IMG/VR virus record: IMGVR_UViG_3300025918_000011
Span: 5,377-69,376 of that record
Length of the DNA: 64,000 nt
Source: a virus
Lineage: Duplodnaviria; Caudoviricetes
Strand: one strand, 5' to 3'
Shown here: piece by piece, positions 1 through 9,291 of the stretch
Layout: every line of letters starts with the position of its first letter
Position numbering within the stretch: position 1 is the stretch's first letter
The notes under the pieces: model-generated
Databases searched by the model: none
What the model was told of the DNA's origin: nothing
What the model saw: the letters and a program-made list of their open reading frames with translations, nothing else
Program-made: the position numbers and the translations under genes

Positions 1-35
1 GGCTTGCGGCTGCGACGTTGCGGCTTGCGGATCGC

Positions 36-674
36 CTATGTGGGCTCGGAGTCGGAGTCGTCGTCTTTCGCTGGCGTTCGCGCCGGCCTCACCTCGAACT
101 CGACGGCGTCGATCGACGTCGAGATGCGCGGCGGTATCGGCGTCGGCTCGGGCGTGTCGGCGCTGGGCCCCGGGCCTCTGCCTTGACGCTGCCGGAGCTC
201 GAAGTACATGTCTATGCGGCGAATCGGGCCTTCGAGACTCGCGAGCCGTCGCCGCATGTCCTCGAGCATTTGCGTCGAGTAGCGCTGGTCGGCTCGAATC
301 TGCACTATCGCGCGATCCATTGAAGCGGCGTGTTCCTGAGTCAAGCGCTGCTCCTCTTTGAGCTCTTCGATGTCGCGATCATGACGCTCCGTCAGGAGAT
401 TCAATCGCGTAATGTCGGTCTCCGCGGAATGCAACCGATCACCGCGCTTGCGGTTCTGCTCGAAGAACTCGGTGCTGAGCGAATCGAACAGCCGCTGCGA
501 GACGCGCGCCTCGACCGACTCTGAGATCTTATCAGTACGTTCGTGCTCGACCTTAGTCGTTAGGCGCCGGGCCATGGTTGGCACGAGACGGTAGGCCGTC
601 GCCGCGAACACGAGCAGCGTGAGCGCGAAGAGCGCGAGGGGCGAGAGCGACGTGAGCTCGTGCAGCCAGTTCAT
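36..674 (-). CDS. Membrane-anchored coiled-coil protein, possible holin/spanin-like lysis accessory
   Basis: Start re-called at MNWLHE (ATG overlaps the stop of the upstream ORF as ATGA). One N-terminal hydrophobic helix (LALFALTLLVFAATAY) followed by a heptad-rich region; sits after DUF2778 at the end of the operon. Confidence 0.55.
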   Translation of the reverse strand: MNWLHELTSLSPLALFALTLLVFAATAYRLVPTMARRLTTKVEHERTDKISESVEARVSQRLFDSLSTEFFEQNRKRGDRLHSAETDITRLNLLTERHDRDIEELKEEQRLTQEHAASMDRAIVQIRADQRYSTQMLEDMRRRLASLEGPIRRIDMYFELRQRQGRGPGPSADTPEPTPIPPRISTSIDAVEFEVRPARTPAKDDDSDSEPT

Positions 675-1201
675 GCAGCGACCCCACGGCGACGATGAGC
701 GCCCGCGAGATAATTGAGCGCCGTTTCTACAACGCCCAATGAATGCTTGAAGTGCCCAAGCCCTGTGTTGCAACTGCTGCACAGCAGCCCACGCACTCGT
801 CCGGTTTTGTGGTCGTGATCGACAGCCAAGCGCCGTTTCAGCAACCTATGATCGACAGCACAGATAGCGCAACGTCCATTCTGTGCTTTGAACATCGCTG
901 TGTACTCGGAAATCGAAAGCCCATATCTTCGCGCTAGCGAACTTCGATGATAACGGAGGCTTCGCTGTTCGGCGTGCCCGCGAGCCCAAGACGCCTCGCG
1001 ACAGTATCGAGAGCAGAATTCAGCTACTGCTCCAGTGCGTCCCGGAGTAAACATCTTCGAACAGTGCATGCACGGTCTTCGCGTTCGATCCTTGCGTCTT
1101 TGCCGCACCTGACACGCTATCGAACAATAAACCGGAGCCGTACCTCTCTTCGAGACACGAAGACGAGCCTCTTTGCCACACTCTTGACGCTTGCACTTCA
1201 T
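671..1201 (-). CDS. Endonuclease VII-family HNH endonuclease with N-terminal Cys-rich zinc-binding repeats (likely homing endonuclease)
   Basis: RCAICAVDHR...LAVDHDHKTGRVRGLLCSSCNTGLGHFK matches the Endonuclease VII motif; two CxxC...YCSxxC repeats; visibly lower GC than neighbours. Confidence 0.9.
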   Translation of the reverse strand: MKCKRQECGKEARLRVSKRGTAPVYCSIACQVRQRRKDRTRRPCMHCSKMFTPGRTGAVAEFCSRYCREASWARGHAEQRSLRYHRSSLARRYGLSISEYTAMFKAQNGRCAICAVDHRLLKRRLAVDHDHKTGRVRGLLCSSCNTGLGHFKHSLGVVETALNYLAGAHRRRGVAA

Positions 1202-1665
1202 GCGATCACCAATAGTGCACCGTCCGATGACTCATGCACGAGCTCTCGTATTCTTCTCGGAAGGACGATGCAGCCGTGCGACGCGGATCGATTGCGCAGG
1301 TAGTTGTCGCCGTGCATCAGGAATTGCGAGCGCCCGTGCGTGTCGGTGTCTGCGTCGGGCCAGAGTGGCAGCGAGTAGGGCCCCGTCGAGTCGGAGTCGT
1401 GCGGGGCGCCGATAGCCCAGCGCCCGCGCGGAATGGGCCCGACGCTGTGCACGTGCTCGAGGTCGGGGTTGTTGAGCCCCTCGGCGTGCCCGGAATACCC
1501 GGCGCTCACGATCGTGATAACGATGCCGCCGTCGATGATGTGCTCGAGGTCGCCGGATGCTTGGGCGTATCGCCAGTAGTTGCGCGGCAGCTCGAGCGGC
1601 ACAACGTGCGGCGCGACTGCGGGTGGCTTCGGCTTCGAGTTCGAGTCCGAATAATCGTCAGACAT
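1198..1665 (-). CDS. DUF2778/Tlde1-family L,D-transpeptidase-fold peptidoglycan enzyme (candidate endolysin)
   Basis: YSGHAEGLNNP...VGPIPRGRWAIG...GRSQFLMHGDN...SASHGCIV, the typical DUF2778 pattern with the HxD...SxGC catalytic motif. Confidence 0.85.
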   Translation of the reverse strand: MSDDYSDSNSKPKPPAVAPHVVPLELPRNYWRYAQASGDLEHIIDGGIVITIVSAGYSGHAEGLNNPDLEHVHSVGPIPRGRWAIGAPHDSDSTGPYSLPLWPDADTDTHGRSQFLMHGDNYLRNRSASHGCIVLPRRIRELVHESSDGALLVIA

Positions 1666-1791
1666 TGGCGGCGTGTCCCCGGGCCCCAGCGCCCAACTAC
1701 CAATCTAATTGGTCGATTGTGAGGGCGCCGGGGCGTCGCCGTCAAGGGGTGTCCGTAGATTGCGGTATTGACGCGGTGCGATGCAATTGCA

Positions 1792-2130
1792 TTAAAGCGC
1801 GGCGGGGTCGATGGCGCTGCAGCCGCGCCGGTAGTCGCACGTCGTAGGGCAGCGTCGTGCCTCGCTCATGTGCACCGGGCACACCGGCCCGAACGAGCTG
1901 CGCACTTCGGCCTCGAAGCGCACGAGCCGAGCGAGCTCGTCGGCGAACTCGGCCGGCGACTGCGTCGAGAGGCGGTAGATGCGGTTCTCGGCCTCGAGCT
2001 GCTCGACGCGGCACATCGCGCACCGGTCGTCGAGCAGCGGACGCTCCTGCAGATAGCGCGCCTCGTGCGCGTCGTGGCGCTTGCAGAACACGCTGAGCGG
2101 GTGCTGTGTCGGGCGCTCGACGTCGCTCAT
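1792..2130 (-). CDS. Hypothetical Cys/His-rich protein
   Basis: ORF from MSDVERP; CKRH, CAMC, CPVH and CPTTC motifs. Confidence 0.5.
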   Translation of the reverse strand: MSDVERPTQHPLSVFCKRHDAHEARYLQERPLLDDRCAMCRVEQLEAENRIYRLSTQSPAEFADELARLVRFEAEVRSSFGPVCPVHMSEARRCPTTCDYRRGCSAIDPAAL

Positions 2131-2252
2131 CGCACGAACCCCGCTCCACAAATGAGGTACCAGAGCGCGACGCCCGTCGCGATGAGCGAGAGCCAAGCCG
2201 CGACGTGCACGATCCACGTAGGACGAATCGGGGGCATGGGCGAGCCTCGTTC

Positions 2253-2948
2253 CTAGGTGCGCGTCGTCGGAGTGCGCGACTCGACGAGCTTCGCGCCGGG
2301 CACTTCGATGCCGGCCTTCAGCGCGCGACGGATCGCCACGGTATCAGGCACGAGGTAGCGCCGCGGCAGCGCCGACTCGTCGACGATCACGAGTTCTTCG
2401 TGCGTCGTGAACGACACGGTGCCGCCGCTCGACGTGTGCACGGTCGACGGGCGCAGTACGACCTCGGTCTCGGTGTCGCCCTTCGCCGCGAGCTTCGCGC
2501 GCTGCTGCTGCTCGAGGCGCTGCAGCTTGGCGTCGTAGTCCTTCATTTTCTCGCGCACGAACTCGCGGGCGTCGTTGAGGAGCGCCTCGGCCGGGGCGAA
2601 GAGCGCCTTGATTTCCTTGACGGCGACGGCGAGCGGGTCGAGGATCCGCGACTTGTGCTCGGCGAGGAGCTTTTGCCGCTGCGTGACGGACTGGAGAGCC
2701 TCGGCGGCGTTGGCGAGGTCGTCGCCGGAGTCGATCGTGATCGCGCGGGCTCGAGCAGCGTCTTTGATGGCCTCGCGATGCACGAGTGCGACGACCTTGG
2801 CGGCGTCGGCCTTAGTCGGGATCGCCAGCGCGCGAGCTGCGGGTGCGGGCCCGGCCCCCGTGCTTCGGCGTTCGGCGATAGCGCTCGAGCTCGAGCTCGT
2901 CTTGCGCGTCGTAGCGGCGAGCGGCTTCTGCGGCTTCGGCTTCGGCAT
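2253..2948 (-). CDS. Siphovirus Gp157-like protein
   Basis: Coiled-coil body with C-terminal EELVIVDESALPRRYLVPDTVAIRRALKAGIEVPGAKLVE, typical of Gp157/Gam-like phage proteins. Confidence 0.75.
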   Translation of the reverse strand: MPKPKPQKPLAATTRKTSSSSSAIAERRSTGAGPAPAARALAIPTKADAAKVVALVHREAIKDAARARAITIDSGDDLANAAEALQSVTQRQKLLAEHKSRILDPLAVAVKEIKALFAPAEALLNDAREFVREKMKDYDAKLQRLEQQQRAKLAAKGDTETEVVLRPSTVHTSSGGTVSFTTHEELVIVDESALPRRYLVPDTVAIRRALKAGIEVPGAKLVESRTPTTRT

Positions 2949-3342
2949 AGCGGCGTTCTTTCCTTTCGCGGGGGGATTCGGCCCGCATTATCGCGAGTAG
3001 GTCGCCCTCGCGTTGGCGCGGCTTAACGTACGTCTCGTAATCGTAGGACGTCATGCGGACGGAGTAGCGGTAGTCGGCGCCGAGGATCGAGGTAGCTCCG
3101 AGGATTTCGGCGTATTGTCGGAGCCACACGAACAGCGACGGCGAGCACTCGACGATGCCGACGAGCACGGGGCACGCGGGTGCAGGCTCGCGCGACGATG
3201 GCGACGGCGAAGAGCGTCCCACGTTGGCGCTCTCGGCCTCGCGCAATGCTCGTCGATGCTCAGCGCGCTCGGCGTTGCGCTCGGTGCGGCGTGCGTCGTC
3301 GCAGAGCGGGCAATGCCCAGGGTCGCAGCGTTTGAGGCTCAT
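2812..3342 (-). CDS. Hypothetical protein
   Basis: ORF in series with neighbours; N-terminal CxxxHCxxC; overlaps the downstream gene, so the 3' end is uncertain. Confidence 0.4.
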   Translation of the reverse strand: MSLKRCDPGHCPLCDDARRTERNAERAEHRRALREAESANVGRSSPSPSSREPAPACPVLVGIVECSPSLFVWLRQYAEILGATSILGADYRYSVRMTSYDYETYVKPRQREGDLLAIMRAESPRERKERRYAEAEAAEAARRYDAQDELELERYRRTPKHGGRARTRSSRAGDPD

Positions 3343-3656
3343 CGGCGTCGCCCTCGAGAGCGCCGCGCGCTGCCGCCGCTGTCACCCCCGCTATTGTTGC
3401 CGCCGCTGCAGCCGTCGAGCCCGGCCTCAGCGTCGAGCGATACATAGAGGATCACCCCGGCGAGCGGCGACACGAGCTCGTCGCGCCGCGACACGAGCGA
3501 CTGCGACACCATCATGCAGAGCTCGTCGCTGAGCATGCTCATTCGTGCGTAGAACGTCGACGGCACGCACGGGTTGAGCCCGTGGGCCTCTTGGTCGTAG
3601 GAGACGGGCACCTCGCCGAGGCGCAGCCCCTTCGAGGTGATGATTAGCGCGTGCAT
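3339..3656 (-). CDS. Hypothetical protein
   Basis: Start MHALII overlaps the upstream stop (TGATG), implying translational coupling. Confidence 0.5.
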   Translation of the reverse strand: MHALIITSKGLRLGEVPVSYDQEAHGLNPCVPSTFYARMSMLSDELCMMVSQSLVSRRDELVSPLAGVILYVSLDAEAGLDGCSGGNNSGGDSGGSARRSRGRRR

Positions 3657-4258
3657 CAGTGTACGATCTCGATGTCTGCGCGCACGAGCTCGAAGGCGCC
3701 CGGCTCGCCGTCGAGCGTCGCCCCGTCGATAGGGCATCCGATGAGCTGCCCGCTTTCGAACTTGCCGCCGTCGAGCGCTACGACGTTCTCGACGCCGTAG
3801 AGGTCGCGTGGCGATTTCGTCGAGCACCGGCGCAAATAGAACGCCACGTGATCCCGGTGCCGCATGTAGCACCGGAACGTAGATCGCCAATCCCTAGGGA
3901 GCGCCTCGCCGTGCGTGCCCGGGAGGCGTCCTAGGAAATGCTGCTGCCAGGCGACCCACGACCCCGCGAACGCCAGGGCGAGGGCGACCCCGAGGAGCGT
4001 CGCACGCACTCGCCCAACGTACACGTTGAAGCGCGCGCCGTTGCGGTACGCGAGCTCGACGGCGAGCTCGTGCGGGTGCTCGAGGTTGTGGCACGTCGAG
4101 CGGCGAAGGAGTACCCAACGCCCGGCGAGCACGTAGTCGCGCCAACACGTGGAGCCGTCCTCGACGAAGAACACGTGACGATCGTGACAGCGCAGCCCGA
4201 CGGCGCAACGCAGGATCGCGAGCCCGAGCTCGAGGGCGCGGCGTAGAGCGCTAATCAT
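3656..4258 (-). CDS. Hypothetical membrane protein
   Basis: Start MISALR; hydrophobic segment LLGVALALAFAGSWVAW. Confidence 0.5.
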   Translation of the reverse strand: MISALRRALELGLAILRCAVGLRCHDRHVFFVEDGSTCWRDYVLAGRWVLLRRSTCHNLEHPHELAVELAYRNGARFNVYVGRVRATLLGVALALAFAGSWVAWQQHFLGRLPGTHGEALPRDWRSTFRCYMRHRDHVAFYLRRCSTKSPRDLYGVENVVALDGGKFESGQLIGCPIDGATLDGEPGAFELVRADIEIVH

Positions 4259-5078
4259 GGGCGCCTCCGTCCTTCGAGGTCTCGCTCGTCGCCGCCGACG
4301 CTGCCCGCCTCGCCTCGAGCAGCTCGCGTTCGATCTCGTGATACTGCTTCGTGTCGCACAGGAAGAGCGCCCCGACAACGTTGCCGTTGTACACGCGGCC
4401 GACGATGTCGCCCGGCATACCGATCGTGAGCTGCGTGCCCCGCTTCGTGGACTGCGCGCGCACGAGGTTCGATCCGAGGCTGCCCATCACGATGTCGAGC
4501 TCGCGCTTTGACATCTCGCGCATCACGTCGAAGCACGAGACCTCTGGGAACGGCTTGCCCGACGCGCCCGACGCGGATCGCTCGCCGCCGTTGCCGTTGC
4601 CGTTGTCGTTGCCGTTGCCGTTGTTGCCGTCGCCCGCGCCGCTCAAATCCGGCACCTTCGCGCCGTGCTCGCGCTGCCATACGCGCATCGCGTCGGCGAG
4701 ATCCCGCGCCTCGGCGATCTTGGCGTGCGCTCGATCCTGTGCGGCGATCGGCAGCGACCTCGCGCATATCCCGAGCCGCGTCGCCCATTCGTCGACGATG
4801 TCGGGCGCGAGTACGTCGGTGGATCGCAATACGAAGATCGGCTCGTCGTCGCCGGCCTTCAATAGACAGTCGTCTTCGTGCTTCGTCGACATTGAGATTG
4901 CCCTCGCTTTCGCTCTTCGCTCTGGCCCTAGCCCTAGCCCTTGCCCTTGCCCTTGCCTTATTCGTCGCCCGGCATGCGGGTCGAACCAATTCACCACGGC
5001 GACACTGATCGCGTACGTCGACGCAATGGCGACTACGCCGACGATGCCGAACGCGGCGACGATCGCGGTATCGCTCAT
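4251..5078 (-). CDS. Hypothetical multi-module protein (N-terminal TM helix; central DEPIFVLR module seen in phage proteins)
   Basis: ATGA overlap with the polA stop; TM segment AIVAAFGIVGVVAIASTYAISVAVV; DEPIFVLRSTDVLAPDIVDEW; GN/QG low-complexity linkers. Confidence 0.55.
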   Translation of the reverse strand: MSDTAIVAAFGIVGVVAIASTYAISVAVVNWFDPHAGRRIRQGQGQGLGLGPERRAKARAISMSTKHEDDCLLKAGDDEPIFVLRSTDVLAPDIVDEWATRLGICARSLPIAAQDRAHAKIAEARDLADAMRVWQREHGAKVPDLSGAGDGNNGNGNDNGNGNGGERSASGASGKPFPEVSCFDVMREMSKRELDIVMGSLGSNLVRAQSTKRGTQLTIGMPGDIVGRVYNGNVVGALFLCDTKQYHEIERELLEARRAASAATSETSKDGGAHD

Positions 5079-7882
5079 GCGGCCACCTTCGCCCCTTCCG
5101 GCTTCCAGTCCTTCGCCTTCGTCATCTCGCCCCACGACGCGCCAAACTTGACGCTCGCCGTAATCGGCACCTTGAACAGCGCGCTATCCCCCTGCATCGC
5201 TTCCTTCACGAGCTCGCCGACGAACCTCACGTGCCGCGTCGGCACTTGCCCGAAGAGGTCGTCGTGAATCTGCAGCAGCACGTCCGCGGCGACGCCCGAC
5301 GCGCGGAGCTCCTTCAGCGTCGGCCACAAGCGTTGCATCGCGCGCTTGACGACCCACTGCGCGCCGGCCTGGATCGGGAAGTTCCCGGCGTCGCGCTCGG
5401 CTTTCGATCGGAGATAGCGGTCTTCGGCCCATATCGCGGGCAAGTACCGGATGCGCCCGCCTCGAGCTCGAATGAAGCCGTGCCGCCGCGTGCGCCGATT
5501 GCATTCTTCGACGTACGTGCCCCAGCGCTCGTATTTGTCGTAGAAGCCGCGGATAAACCGCTCGCAGTCGGCGAGCCCGTAGCCCTTGATGCCGAGCGAC
5601 TCGAGCTGCTGCAGGAGGCCCTCGGCCCCGCCCTGATACAGCACCCTGAATCCCGTGATCTTCGCGGGCGTGCGGTACCGCGTCGCGTTCTCCTCGGTGC
5701 GCGTTACCTCGGCGTAGTCGATCCCGAAGATCGCCGCCGCGGTCGTCGTATGCATGTCGACGCCGTCTTCGAAAACCTTAATCATCGCGGGGTCGCCCGA
5801 CTCGTCCGCGGCGATCTTGAACTCGATTTGGTCGGCGTCGACGCTAAAGAAAGTCATCCCGTCGTCGGGCACGAAGATCGCTTTGAAGAGCTTGGCGCGC
5901 TTCGAGTGCGTCGGCAGCGCCAGCACGTTGAGGCCCTCGGCGGCGAGGCGCCCGGTTACGACGGCCGTCGTGCGGAGTATCGGATAGAACCGATCATTAC
6001 CCGGAGTGCCGCGCTCTTCGATCTCGTACCAGAGCTTTTCGACGAACGAGAGGAGCTTTTGGACCTCGCGATATTCGGTGATCCAGTGCACGACGGGGTG
6101 CCGATCGAGCAGCGAGCGCAGCACCTGATCGTTCGTCGAAGGCAGCCCGCCGTCGGTGAAGCGCGTCGGGATTAGCTTCAAGCGATGAAACAGCAGCTCG
6201 CCGACTTGCTGCGTCGACGCTGGATTAAAGTGCGGCTCGTCGGCGAGGTCTCGGCACCGATACAGGATCTCGCGGAGTTCGCCGCGGAGATGCGCCTCGA
6301 ACTGCCCGAGCTTCTCGCGATCGACGCGCATGCCGACGCGCATCATGCGGGCGAGCATCGGCGTCACGTCGCGGTCGAGCTCGTAGACCTCTTGTAGCCC
6401 GCGCTGCCGAACCATCGGCGCGAGGATGCCGTGCAGGCGCCGCGTTGCGTCGGCGTCGCGGCACGCGTAATCGACGAACTCGGGCCCGCAGTCGTCGAGG
6501 GTGAGTCGCGGCATCTTGCCTAGCGCGGCTTCGACCGGCGCCCGGAGCGACTTGTCGATGTCGTCCCAGCGCGCGCGCGGACCCTTCGGCGCGTTCTTCG
6601 TCGTGCGAGGCTTTTCGACGCTTGCGATAATGCTTCTCGCGCGCTTCGTGATCGAGTGCTTGCGGCCAACAGCAGGCGGCCAGCGCTCCTCGTTCTCGAC
6701 TACGCGATCGAGATACGCCAGCGCGACGCGTCGATCGTGCGGCTTCGTGATCTCGGCAAAGCTATGCATCTCCATTCCGCAGTGACGTACCGCGAGCGCC
6801 TTGAGGCCCCGCGGCTCGATCTGCAGCACGTACGACATGATTGCTGTGTCCTCGAAGGCGTCGTCGGGGATCGGCGTTCCGAGGTCTTCGTAAATGATTA
6901 GGTCGTGCGCGGCGCTCTGCAGCACGATGCGGTGCGCGGGCTGCGAGCTCACGAACTTGAGGTCGCCGTCGCGCCAGCGCGGCGCGCCCTTGAGAGCCTC
7001 GAGCCGCTCGCCGACGAAGCGTCGAAGGATCGGCGCAGCCTCGACGATGCGGTTGTTTTCCGAGTTCACGACGATCGCCGCGCACACGCTGCCGCGCGTG
7101 AGTTGATGCAGCTCGAGGCGCTTCGCGAGCAGCGCGCGAAACCATCGCATCGCCTCGGCGTCGTCGGCGCGCAGGAGGCGCCCTTGCCCCTCCATGCCCG
7201 ACCACTGCGACGACCACGGCGCCCAGCGATAGCCCTCGGTGTCGCTGCCGAGCAGCTCGCTCACGATGGCGCCCCGCGTCGAGGCTCCGCGCTGCGTCGC
7301 GTAGTGCGCGGGCCCGTCGATCTTGCGGAACGGCACCGGGCGCCCGGCGACGATGTCACCGACTCTCTGCATGTCGTAATAGAAATACGCCGCCATCTCC
7401 GGCGAGTGAAGGCCCGCGGCGGGGTGATAGCTCGGAACGACTACTCGATCGCGCCCTGCCAGCCGTACGCGGTGCGGTACGCCGTGCAGAGTCTCCATGT
7501 CTTCCCACTGAGCGCCCAGCAGCCAACGAGAAGACGTCGCCCCGAGCCCGACGACGATATCGGGATCGACTTTTCGTAGTTCGTCGTAGAGGTCGGCTTC
7601 ATAGGCTCTGATCTCGCCTTTCGTGGGCGCGCGGTCCTTGCCGCGCTTGTCGACGGTGCGCACCTTGCAGAGATTCGTGATCCACGCCTCGCCGAGGGGC
7701 ACGCGGGTCTTCGGGGCGATCGTGCGGAGGAAGCGGCCGGAGGCGCCGCGCGAGTTGAACGGCGAGCCGAAGCGCGACTCGAAGAATCCGGGGGACTCGC
7801 CGACGAACATGAGGAGGCATCGGTGCGGGCGCTGCCCGCGGGGCCCGATGCCGCGCACGTAGGGGTGACGCCCAAAGCTCAT
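5075..7882 (-). CDS. polA: Family A DNA polymerase with N-terminal uracil-DNA glycosylase (family 4-like) domain and 3'-5' exonuclease
   Basis: UDG motifs GESPG, WITNL, YHPAA; exonuclease DTE, SAAHD, YACRD; polymerase motifs A (DADQIEFK), B (RTPAKITGFRVLYQ), C (LLQIHDDL); also FNPASTQQV and TGRLA. Confidence 0.95.
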   Translation of the reverse strand: MSFGRHPYVRGIGPRGQRPHRCLLMFVGESPGFFESRFGSPFNSRGASGRFLRTIAPKTRVPLGEAWITNLCKVRTVDKRGKDRAPTKGEIRAYEADLYDELRKVDPDIVVGLGATSSRWLLGAQWEDMETLHGVPHRVRLAGRDRVVVPSYHPAAGLHSPEMAAYFYYDMQRVGDIVAGRPVPFRKIDGPAHYATQRGASTRGAIVSELLGSDTEGYRWAPWSSQWSGMEGQGRLLRADDAEAMRWFRALLAKRLELHQLTRGSVCAAIVVNSENNRIVEAAPILRRFVGERLEALKGAPRWRDGDLKFVSSQPAHRIVLQSAAHDLIIYEDLGTPIPDDAFEDTAIMSYVLQIEPRGLKALAVRHCGMEMHSFAEITKPHDRRVALAYLDRVVENEERWPPAVGRKHSITKRARSIIASVEKPRTTKNAPKGPRARWDDIDKSLRAPVEAALGKMPRLTLDDCGPEFVDYACRDADATRRLHGILAPMVRQRGLQEVYELDRDVTPMLARMMRVGMRVDREKLGQFEAHLRGELREILYRCRDLADEPHFNPASTQQVGELLFHRLKLIPTRFTDGGLPSTNDQVLRSLLDRHPVVHWITEYREVQKLLSFVEKLWYEIEERGTPGNDRFYPILRTTAVVTGRLAAEGLNVLALPTHSKRAKLFKAIFVPDDGMTFFSVDADQIEFKIAADESGDPAMIKVFEDGVDMHTTTAAAIFGIDYAEVTRTEENATRYRTPAKITGFRVLYQGGAEGLLQQLESLGIKGYGLADCERFIRGFYDKYERWGTYVEECNRRTRRHGFIRARGGRIRYLPAIWAEDRYLRSKAERDAGNFPIQAGAQWVVKRAMQRLWPTLKELRASGVAADVLLQIHDDLFGQVPTRHVRFVGELVKEAMQGDSALFKVPITASVKFGASWGEMTKAKDWKPEGAKVAA

Positions 7883-8133
7883 CGAGGCAGGAACTCCCAG
7901 CGGTCGAGCACATAGACGAAGTAGCGCGTGCTATGGCTAGGGGTGCCGTCGGCCTGGAACACCGCGACGACGTAGGGGGCGTCGTAGTCGTAGTTGCGAC
8001 GGCGTGCGACGAGCTCGTGAGGAGATTTCTCGCGAAACAACGACGTCAGCAGCACGCGGATCTCGGGGCGCCATTCCGGCACGGCGAGGTCGCCGAGGGC
8101 GCGCCCGTTAGCGTCGACGAGGAGAGCGCGCAT
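7879..8133 (-). CDS. Hypothetical protein
   Basis: Short ORF coupled to the polA start (4-nt overlap). Confidence 0.5.
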   Translation of the reverse strand: MRALLVDANGRALGDLAVPEWRPEIRVLLTSLFREKSPHELVARRRNYDYDAPYVVAVFQADGTPSHSTRYFVYVLDRWEFLPR

Positions 8134-8487
8134 CTATTCGAGCTCCCAAGGATAGCGGCTTCGCGGTCTGCCGTATCGATTTATCTCGTCGTCGCCCCAG
8201 CATTCATCAAATCCACAAGCTACGTTGCGCGTGGATTTATGCAGCGGGATACCTCGTCGAGGCACGACGACAGGCGCCGACGTTATAGCAAGTCGGCATC
8301 TTGGACATATTGCGCAGCCCGTTCTAGCGACGGCCTTCAGCACGCAGCCGTAGCTCAGCCCGAGCGCCTTCGCGACTTGCTTCATCGTGACGCCCCCAGC
8401 TAAGAACAATTCGACGGCCTCCTTAGACCTATTTCGTTTCGGTGGGCATCGGCAGCTCGGGCAATCGTGCTCGTGATCTCGAAGCAT
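8134..8487 (-). CDS. HTH plus Cys-rich putative DNA-binding protein
   Basis: VTMKQVAKALGLSYGCVLKAV is HTH-like; CPSC and CAICPRC motifs. Confidence 0.6.
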   Translation of the reverse strand: MLRDHEHDCPSCRCPPKRNRSKEAVELFLAGGVTMKQVAKALGLSYGCVLKAVARTGCAICPRCRLAITSAPVVVPRRGIPLHKSTRNVACGFDECWGDDEINRYGRPRSRYPWELE

Positions 8488-9287
8488 CAGTCGTCCTCGT
8501 CGTCGTCGAGGTCGTCGTCGTATTCGTCGTCGTATTCGTCGTCGTAGTCGGTGTCATCGTCGATCTCGCCATCGTCGTCGAGGTCGTCGTCGCCTTCGCC
8601 TTCGTCGTCGTCATCGTCCTCGTCGTTCTCGTCGAAGTCCGCCATCGGATGCGCGAGCCGCGACACGTGCCGCACAGTGCCCGACTCGAATAGGCACCTC
8701 GCGCACAGCATGCCCGGCACGTCGTAGGTCGAACCGCATCTCGCGCAGTGCGGCAGCTCGAGCTCGAGCGTCTCGAGCGCCCTAGCCTCGTCGATTCGGA
8801 CGAACTTACCGTCGACCTCGAGCTCGACGATCGTCTCCTCGTTGTCGATCCTGGTAACGTCGTGCCTCTCGAGAGCCCTCGTGTCGGAGTGCGCCGCGCA
8901 CCTCTCGCATACGCCGATGAGCCCGAGCCCGTCGGGTCGAGGGCGCATGCGGAATAGGTGCCCGATGTCGCGACACATCTCGAGAGCCGGATACCGGAAC
9001 GTAAACTCGCGCTCGCGCTCGGGCCCAACGCTCGCGAGCCCCTTGATTGCTTGGGCGAGCCCGTCGATGCCTTCGACGATGTTGCGGCGCACCTCGAGCA
9101 TCTCGCGAAACGACATAAACGCGCGAGTCTTCGAGCTCGGCGGCGCCTTCGTTGTCGGCATGCGGTCGAGCGTCGTGCCGCAGCTCAGGCAGCCGATCGG
9201 GTTGTCGCCGAGATCCGCGCGGCACACGGTGCACCGGCGCTCGGTGCCTTCGCCCTTCGCCGTGCCCTTCGTCGATTCGTTCTGCAT
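8487..9287 (-). CDS. Zinc-ribbon protein with very acidic tail
   Basis: Several CxxC pairs (CTVC, CLSC, CERC, CARC twice); D/E-rich C-terminus. Confidence 0.6.
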   Translation of the reverse strand: MQNESTKGTAKGEGTERRCTVCRADLGDNPIGCLSCGTTLDRMPTTKAPPSSKTRAFMSFREMLEVRRNIVEGIDGLAQAIKGLASVGPEREREFTFRYPALEMCRDIGHLFRMRPRPDGLGLIGVCERCAAHSDTRALERHDVTRIDNEETIVELEVDGKFVRIDEARALETLELELPHCARCGSTYDVPGMLCARCLFESGTVRHVSRLAHPMADFDENDEDDDDDEGEGDDDLDDDGEIDDDTDYDDEYDDEYDDDLDDDEDD

Positions 9288-9291
9288 TGCG

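Noticed and set aside
1716-1745. Promoter for the lysis genes (TTGACG-18-CACAAT)
   Set aside because: Plausible but a weak -10 match with no supporting operator; not listed as a feature.
5075-7882. Z-genome (DpoZ/PurZ) or other defined base-modification pathway
   Set aside because: No PurZ, DatZ, methyltransferase, hydroxymethylase or queuosine-type genes were seen; motif changes alone are not enough.
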